Of a stretch of DNA of 24,833 bases, positions 16,667 through 24,833 are shown piece by piece; positions within the stretch are counted from its first letter, which is position 1; every line of letters begins with the position of its first letter. The position numbers and the translations under genes are program-made. The notes under the pieces are model-generated. The model did not search any database and was not told where the DNA came from. It was given only the letters and a program-made list of their open reading frames with translations. Source of the stretch: Acidimicrobiaceae bacterium (GTDB lineage: Bacteria > Actinomycetota > Acidimicrobiia > Acidimicrobiales > Palsa-688). The DNA is taken from NCBI GenBank assembly GCA_027334785.1, contig DAHWQF010000001.1:1-24833 (forward strand). Direction: 5' to 3'.

Positions 16667-18564
16667 CGCTGACTCCTCAGTTTTGGTTCCCCTTCGCCCC
16701 ACCGGAGCGTCACGGTCGTCCCGCGGCCCGCGGCGGTATTTATGGTCAACGAGCCTCCGATTGCGCCCGCGCGCTCGCGCATGCCCAACATCCCGAAGGC
16801 GTCTCGCCGCAATGCCGCGCTCGCGGGAATCCCATTTCCATCGTCGGCCACCACGAGCTCCCCGGACTGGCCATCCCAGGCCAACCGCACGTCGATGCGA
16901 GTAGCCCCCGAATGGCGTTCGGCGTTGTTGACTGCCTCCTCGGCAACGCGCGCAACCTCGCGGCCGACCTCAACTGGCAGAGGAGCCAGTGGCCCGGTGG
17001 AAAGGTCAACCATTAGCCCAGAACGTTGTTCGGCACGCTCGAGCAAGCCGGCTACGGCGTCCGCCAGTCCATGTTCCTCCGTGACTTCAGTACGCAGGTC
17101 AGACAGCTTGGTACGGAGTTCTCTCACCACCCGGCGAGCCTCGGTTGCCAGCTGACCCAGCTCAGTTGACATCTCCCGTCCACCTGGTCCACCTGACACG
17201 CTGGCTTCTCCTTGTAGCCTGTCCAAGCAGAGAGCGAGGTACGCGAGCGACTGGCCTACCCTGTCGTGGAGCTCCCTCGCGATGCGCACCCGTTCCTCTT
17301 CGGCCCCGAGCACTCGCAAGCGGCGAAAGAGCCTCGCATTATCTATGGCAAGGCCCGCGTGGCGAGCGACGCTCTCTACCATGTCCAGGTCAACAGGGCC
17401 AAACGGCTGACCAGCGCTTACCCGTTCCACGGCGAGCAGTCCGACGAGTCTGTCGCGAGCCCACAAGGGCACGTACATCCCGCTCCACGCCTCGAGGGCG
17501 ACCCCCTCCCCGTGCCCGAGCCGAGTACGGCACACTGGTCCTAAAGAGCTTGCCGCCTCTTGCAGCGCAGGAGCGAGCGCCCACTCCCTGAGCACGTCGG
17601 GCAGTTCCACTCCCTCGGCAAGGACCACCTCCCAGCGCGCTCCGGCCTTGTGCGCAATGGGGTCGGAGAGCACCAGCGCGACCACGTCAGGCTCGAGCAA
17701 TTCGCGAAGACGGCTCGCCAAGGTCGCCACCGCCACCTTCAGGCTGAGAGCCGCCGGGAGGGAAGCCGCCTTGGCGTGCAGCTCCAGCAGGAGATGATTG
17801 ATCTCTCCCAGGTTGCGGAGCCGTTCTATCTGCTCGTCCTTCGACTTGCGGCCCTTTTCCAGGAGCCATTCGCTATAGGACCCGAGCAGCGAGAGCGCGC
17901 CGAGCACGGCTAGCCCCTTCACGTCCCTGGCAGCGAGTGATCTGGCCAAGGCACCTGCCGCGCCCGCAGCCCCAAACCCAGCTATGCCCGCGACGGCCGC
18001 CGAGGCAACGACCACGACCGGGACGACGAGGCCACAAATGAAGCACGCAGCCGCGAGGCTTACCACGAACGGCGACCCGACGCCCCCGGTAGCGCCAACG
18101 GCCGCCACACAAACGGCCAGTTCCACCAGGCCGCTCCCCGACTTCGCCCAACCTCGCGGCTTCGCCTCCTGTGTCGCGCCCGGCTCGAGGGGCCACAACG
18201 TGCGCCCAATGGCCCACACAACGAGAACCGCCGCCGCCACCATCTCCCCTCGGTTGGGGGTGCCGAGCGCCGCGGCGGTCATGGAAAGCCCGATGGCCAC
18301 CCAGCGCAGGGCTACGACGAGTTCTTTCATGCCCCAGCTTCGATCCCCCACGCTGTTCGAAGGGTTGGCCCAAGAAGCCGGAGCGCGCTCGATCACAGCG
18401 CGTGGGCCGGCGACGGCCCCCATGGCCGGAGTACCCTCACCGAACTCGCCAACGGACCTCAGCTCAGCTCCGGCCGGCAGTCTCGTCGCACCCAGCGACG
18501 ACACCCGCCCGGCGGCAGACGTCTCGCGATGAAGTCCTTGACTGGCCAATGTCCTCTCCGTCAC
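16663..18564 (-). CDS. Membrane sensor histidine kinase (TM-GAF-HisKA_3-HATPase)
   Basis: About 5-6 TM segments, a GAF-like region (YVPLWARDRLVGLLAVER...AIDNARLF), H-box EEERVRIARELHDRVGQSL, N-box EAVNNAERHS and G-boxes DDGNGI / GMLGMRER. The start may be 18564 (coupled) or 18330. Confidence 0.93.
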   Translation of the reverse strand: MTERTLASQGLHRETSAAGRVSSLGATRLPAGAELRSVGEFGEGTPAMGAVAGPRAVIERAPASWANPSNSVGDRSWGMKELVVALRWVAIGLSMTAAALGTPNRGEMVAAAVLVVWAIGRTLWPLEPGATQEAKPRGWAKSGSGLVELAVCVAAVGATGGVGSPFVVSLAAACFICGLVVPVVVVASAAVAGIAGFGAAGAAGALARSLAARDVKGLAVLGALSLLGSYSEWLLEKGRKSKDEQIERLRNLGEINHLLLELHAKAASLPAALSLKVAVATLASRLRELLEPDVVALVLSDPIAHKAGARWEVVLAEGVELPDVLREWALAPALQEAASSLGPVCRTRLGHGEGVALEAWSGMYVPLWARDRLVGLLAVERVSAGQPFGPVDLDMVESVARHAGLAIDNARLFRRLRVLGAEEERVRIARELHDRVGQSLAYLALCLDRLQGEASVSGGPGGREMSTELGQLATEARRVVRELRTKLSDLRTEVTEEHGLADAVAGLLERAEQRSGLMVDLSTGPLAPLPVEVGREVARVAEEAVNNAERHSGATRIDVRLAWDGQSGELVVADDGNGIPASAALRRDAFGMLGMRERAGAIGGSLTINTAAGRGTTVTLRWGEGEPKLRSQR

Positions 18565-18833
18565 ATACCGACAACCAGCCGCTCTGGCTCATCTGCCGGA
18601 CCAGCGCCTCGCTCCCCGTTCCAGCCGCTCCTGTACGCAAGGACAACAGCTCCCAGTTGCGAGCTCACCCCCAGCTTGATGAGGATCGAACGGATCTGGC
18701 TACGCACCGTCGGTAGCGACACAAACGACTCACGCGAGATATCCCGTGCCGTCTCCCCGCGCATCAGAGCCGATAGGACTTGGCGCTCCCTTGCGCTCAG
18801 GCGGTCGAAGCCGCCTTTAGCAGCCTCCATCAT
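18561..18833 (-). CDS. Stand-alone LuxR-type HTH protein (90 aa, GerE-like architecture)
   Basis: LSARERQVLSALMRGETARDISRESFVSLPTVRSQIRSILIKLGVSSQLGAV, with a strong GGGAGGT RBS. Its stop overlaps the kinase GTG. Confidence 0.85.
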   Translation of the reverse strand: MMEAAKGGFDRLSARERQVLSALMRGETARDISRESFVSLPTVRSQIRSILIKLGVSSQLGAVVLAYRSGWNGERGAGPADEPERLVVGM

Positions 18834-19445
18834 GGTCAGACCTCCCTAGCCTCCGAGGGGCTACCCATATCCCGACCGGCCGCAGGGGCCCCGGGATGTT
18901 CCAAAATACCTGATCTCAAATAGCTAACTTCACTCTTAGCCTGACGTCCCATGCCAGCTGACATTGCCGGCTCAACGGGCTGTGCGGACTTCCGTAGGAA
19001 AGATAGCCACCGGCCGCGCGCCGGGCCATGGGCTCTTTGGCCCATTGTTGGTCGAACGCTACCTCGCACCACAACAGGCAAAGGTGTCCGGCCCGTTATG
19101 CCCGCGGTTCCTGAGATGGGAAGAGCTTCTGGCACCCCAGCAGGCGAAACGTTCATGGAGGCACCACTAATCCCAACCGCCGCCCCTCCGGCCACACCTA
19201 CCAAATGGCCCATCTGGAGCCAAGTCCCGATTTCAGGGTATACCTAAGTTTTGGCCACTTGACGTGACGCGCGAGAGCACGCTGAGCGTCAAGCGAAACC
19301 CACCGTGTGCTTTTGGCACAGCAGCGGACGCCGAAAGTGACTACCCTTCTCCCACTCATGCAGTCAGCCGCCGCCACCAACGACCCGGGTGTACATTACG
19401 CCCAAAAAAGTTGGACGATCCTAACCTTTCCGCAGGAGGGTCCCA

Positions 19446-20036
19446 ATGGACTGTGCCATTGAGCAGGACATCATGCTTGCAGGCATTGTTGGCCGTCTTG
19501 AGGCAACCGGCCTATCCGTGGTCGCAGCAACTCAGGCTGTCCCGTCGACGCATCCCGACTGCTCGGCGAGCACGGGCCTCCGACGCCACCGCCGGCGCCC
19601 TCAGCGAGTGGCTTTCATCCTGTTCGCGGTTTCAGACGACGCCCAAGCAACACATGCGGCGATCGCCAAAAGCAGTCTCGCTACCCTGCTGAGGTTCGAG
19701 CCCTCCTCGTCCAACAGCAACGAGGTCGCAGTCCCCGCTGTGTGGCCCACTGCAGACCTCACAACTGCCCGGAATCGGAATCAGTCGCCGCGAGCGCCCC
19801 TCGCCACGACCCAAATGCAGCCGATCACAAGCAGAGGACAGTTGAGCGCCAGGGAGGCAGAAGTGCTACGCCTGTTCGTAAATGGGGCTCTGCCCCTGCA
19901 GGTAGCTCAACAGCTTTATGTCAGCCCCAAGACCGTGAAGAACCACCTCTCCCACATCTACGCGAAACTCGGCGTCGCGAACCGCACACAGGCCGTCGCC
20001 TTAGCCGTGAAACAAGGCATCATCCCCATAGGCTGA
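19446..20036 (+). CDS. Atypical LuxR-family regulator (degenerate receiver-like N-terminus + HTH)
   Basis: RBS AGGAGG. C-terminal LSAREAEVLRLFVNG...YVSPKTVKNHLSHIYAKLGVANRTQAV. The N-terminus lacks the recognisable DD/D/K receiver residues. Confidence 0.85.
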   Translation: MDCAIEQDIMLAGIVGRLEATGLSVVAATQAVPSTHPDCSASTGLRRHRRRPQRVAFILFAVSDDAQATHAAIAKSSLATLLRFEPSSSNSNEVAVPAVWPTADLTTARNRNQSPRAPLATTQMQPITSRGQLSAREAEVLRLFVNGALPLQVAQQLYVSPKTVKNHLSHIYAKLGVANRTQAVALAVKQGIIPIG

Positions 20037-20486
20037 CCTTTGCAGTAACCTGCTAGGGTTAGTTACGTCGGCGGCATCAAGAGGCGCGCCTGCGTTCACC
20101 TAAAACTGCGTAAACCAGGTCAGCCCTTTCCGCCTCCCTAGCGCAAGGACCCTTTGCCGCCCCCATTGCTTACTGCGGCAGAGGAGACTCCCGCTCCAGC
20201 GCCTCCCGCACGCCCGTTTCTCGGCCTCAACGGGTTCCTCGGGGCAAGGGCGCTTTCAAACTCGGTGAGTCGCTCTGTCCGCTCAACCAACTGATCTTCC
20301 CAGCGGGCCTCGACCACAAGTGCAATAAAGGCGGCACGCAGCCCTCCATGCGTAGAGGCAAAGGTCCCATTTCACGCATAAGACTTCATCTTCACTCGAC
20401 GACGCGAACGCCCGGCGACCAAGTCTGGGGTCGCCGCTGATGCCTTAGAGAACAGCTTCTTTGCGACAGGGTCAGCGTTGGTTCGC

Positions 20487-20548
20487 CCGAAGCTAGTGAT
20501 GGACGCCAGGCACTCACAGTGGCACGAAGCGTGCTCGGATAGCTTCGG
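20487..20548. other. Inverted-repeat structure upstream of the 692-aa gene
   Basis: CCGAAGCTA (20487-20495) pairs perfectly with TAGCTTCGG (20540-20548) and encloses a GCACG-AAG-CGTGC hairpin. Confidence 0.45.
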
Positions 20549-20623
20549 TCCTCTCGGCTCCTGCTAGCTTTCCCAACCAGCGATCCAGTCAACAATGGGC
20601 CGCGGGAACCTAGGGAGGAAAAT

Positions 20624-22702
<2,079 letters not shown>

Positions 22703-22979
22703 AGCTTCAAGTAGGTGGTCTCTGCCCGGCGGTGGAGGCCGCACATCGTTCTGGAACGATGAGCACATTCCTTGCCTCCGCACGTAGTGGGCGCACAAGC
22801 TTTCGCTGAGTGGCCCCTGGCAAAGAGGGTGGCACAATATACTTGCTCCTGCACTGGAGAGGCCGGACAGAGAATGCGGCTTTGCGAGAAGGTCGGACGC
22901 GTCGGCGAGAGCGACCTGCTCGAGTGCCGGGCGGTCGAAGCAATCGACCCCCGCACCTCTACCTGTCCTGCGCGGGCGA

Positions 22980-23270
22980 TTGGCGGCCACTGAGGGGGAT
23001 GACCCGTTCCCGGGCGTGCTAATCGCTCCTGAAGCCGACGGCGTGGACGAGTTCCAGGCGAGCCGCGCCGAAACCTTCTGCGAGCTTGGGTACGCCGCCC
23101 TTGCCCTCGACTACTACGGCGATGGGAGGGTTCTCGGCGACCCAGGCGAGGTATCCCGACAACTCGAGGCGCTGGGCTCGGACCCCGACGCGATCCGCGC
23201 CAGGGCCATAGCAGCGCTCGACGTGCTCTTGGCTGACTTCTCGACTGCTACGAGCGTCTCGGGGCACTAG
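22980..23270 (+). pseudogene. Dienelactone hydrolase family N-terminal fragment
   Basis: PFPGVLIAPEADG...ELGYAALALDYYGDG...IRARAIAALDVL. It stops before the G-x-C-x-G nucleophile motif, and there is no clear start or RBS. Confidence 0.75.
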
Positions 23271-23276
23271 CAGTGC

Positions 23277-23602
23277 TCAACGAACGCACCCGTCCTGCGT
23301 GGGCCCCAAGGCCACTCCCAACCGGCACCCGCGCATGGGAGCGCTCTGGCGCCACGTTTGCCGAATCGCTTTGGTCGCCAGCGACCTCACCGTCCGAGCT
23401 TGGTCGTCATCGAGCGCTTCGACGCCACAGCCAACTAAGAGCTTCGAGAGCAACCCCTGGCGGCCACCGCCCCGCCATGTCTGGGCGACCACCGGCGCGG
23501 GCACGGTGGGGACCGTCCGGTTAGCCAGCAGGGCCTTGTGCCGGGCCCACATTCGCCGCGGTCGGCCGCGATGAGCGCCCCCGCGTCGTAGGTGATGCCC
23601 AT
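23277..23602 (-). pseudogene. Frameshifted PIN-domain (VapC-like) toxin
   Basis: MGITYDAGALIAADRG in one frame, and MWARHKALLANRTVPTVPAPVVAQTWRGGGRQGLLSKLLVGCGVEALDDDQAR in another. The frameshift is near 23553 and the C-terminus is degenerate. Confidence 0.75.
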
Positions 23603-23880
23603 CAGGCGCTGCGCCGGCGGCGGGGCCCGTTGCGCCTGGACCGGTCGAGTACTGTACGTGCCCACTGCTCGGCCTCGGCGGTCTCTTCCGGGTCAAAGGG
23701 GCCATGGTCGCGTTCCAACTCGGCTACCGCCTCCAAGCCGGCTCTAAGCCTGAACTCCTTGCGCGCGGCAACGGCCAACCAGGCGCTATAAGTAAACCCC
23801 GGCTTCAGCGGGCTGCGGCTTCGATCTGCGCGTCAAGGTCCGGCGGGATGGGACACCGACCGCTTCCTTCTGGTATCCAC
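23602..23880 (-). pseudogene. Frameshifted RHH/CopG-like antitoxin
   Basis: Removing three single-base homopolymer extensions gives MDTRRKRSVSIPPDLDAQIEAAAAEAGFTYSAWLAVAARKEF...RRRRSA*. The stop overlaps the toxin ATG (TGATG), and a TGCTACCAT extended -10-like box lies just upstream of the GTG. Confidence 0.7.
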
Positions 23881-24079
23881 CCGAAATATGGTAGCACATG
23901 AATAGTACAGCGCGACCTGGCGGGTACTGTTGTTGGGGCGACCGGCGCGCGCTCTCAGCTCAGTCACAGGCTTAGGCCGTGGCAAGTGACACCGCAGCTC
24001 GAATGCCTTTGGGGCTTTAGCGCGCCAGATCGCCCAATTTATGTGTGGCCCTGACCTCGAGGCCCGCCGGATGTTGTTG

Positions 24080-24162
24080 TGGGCGCGGAGGGACTTGAAC
24101 CCTCACGGCCTCGCGGCCAATGGATTTTGAGTCCACCGTGTCTGCCATTCCACCACGCGCCC
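24080..24162 (-). tRNA. tRNA-Leu(CAA)
   Basis: GGGCGCG acceptor stem, GGAATGGCAGACAC D arm, anticodon loop CT-CAA-AA, long variable arm GGCC-GCGA-GGCC and GGTTCAAGTCC T arm. Discriminator A; CCA is not encoded. Confidence 0.97.
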
Positions 24163-24323
24163 TAGCTTGGTAGTTTCCTTCTCCCCTGGGCCGCCACAAC
24201 GCCCCATACTGCCGATTGCCCTCATCGCCCTTGCATTGGTCCCTAGCCGCCAGATCGTAGCTGACGGGCAGAAGGGAAACGACACCGCGGCAGAGCAGGG
24301 CAGTTGCACCAGACGGCGCCAGC

Positions 24324-24520
24324 ATGGGCAGGGGTCCTTCAGGCAAAGGCGAGGGGCGAAGGCAGGTCATTAGGACTTAGAGCATACGACAGCGCGGGGC
24401 GGCAGGTCACGACCACCTACCCCAGCCGAGGCGAGGCGGCCGTGGGGAAGCGGGAGGCCCACCGAGCACTCGCCCGGTTTGTCGCCGACGTTGAGACCGG
24501 CCGCTACGTCCCCAAGCGCC
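24324..24520 (+). pseudogene. Remnant of a tyrosine integrase N-terminal (arm-binding) region
   Basis: GSFRQRRG...H*, then in a shifted frame LRAYDSAGRQVTTTY...GKREAHRALARFVADVETGRY. This resembles actinobacterial integrase N-termini. No catalytic domain follows, and it lies 160 nt from a tRNA. Confidence 0.55.
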
Positions 24521-24833
24521 AGCGACAGGAGCCGGCCGTGGAGGCACCAGATGAGCAACCAACCAAACCCCGAGGGACCGGACCACACCGTTGCAACCGA
24601 GTGAGCATTAGTGAGCCTCATCGCGAATGCACCCCTTGCGGGGTTCCTCCCCTATCGCTAGGTTCAGTTCCGGCCTCACCGCGGACGGCCGACACCAGGG
24701 CGCCGGTCTTACATCCACTCCCCAGGTGCACAGTCGTCTGAGCATCTGAGCCGCCGTCCCCGTTGCTGCCAACGGAACTGCTGACGAACGGGGCCGTGGC
24801 TCCAACTGAGCCACAACTGGCATGGTCCGGCCA

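Noticed and set aside
18836-19692. ORFs 18836..19213, 18951..19247 and 19264..19692
   Set aside because: They have no motifs or RBS. The region is better explained as a divergent promoter between regulators.
20140-20370. Start-less minus-strand frame reading GLRAAFIALVVEARWEDQLVERTERLTEFESAL
   Set aside because: It looks helical and protein-like, but has no start codon and no family I can recognise, so it cannot be supported.
24080-24110. tRNA-Leu 3' end as an attachment site with a direct repeat bounding the island
   Set aside because: I found no second copy of the tRNA 3' end elsewhere in the window, so island boundaries cannot be defined here.

Overview
GC-rich, actinobacterial-type DNA (Acidimicrobiia-like; taxonomy is inferred). 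Nearly the whole window is one cell-surface appendage locus. It contains: (i) a secreted Cys-containing beta-rich protein plus a DUF916/WxLIP-like membrane-anchored partner; (ii) a PAS-LuxR regulator translationally coupled to a Tad/Flp assembly operon (cpaE-cpaF-tadB-tadC-tadE-tadG-like); (iii) a convergent operon with one canonical Flp pilin, two complete Flp-type pilins fused to Cys-rich Ig-like domains, a GT87-like glycosyltransferase and a decayed DUF2079-like gene; (iv) a divergent GT-C-like membrane protein; (v) a HTH-only LuxR / GAF-HisKA_3 kinase / NarL-type regulator operon and an atypical LuxR regulator; (vi) a 692-aa multi-Ig-like exported protein with a poly-Thr linker. No cpaB/rcpC or prepilin peptidase was recognised in the window. 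The left edge holds the 5' 200 nt of a group II intron (minus strand). The right end holds decayed genes (dienelactone hydrolase fragment, frameshifted antitoxin/PIN toxin pair), tRNA-Leu(CAA) and an integrase N-terminal remnant. All family assignments come from motif recognition by eye, not database searches.
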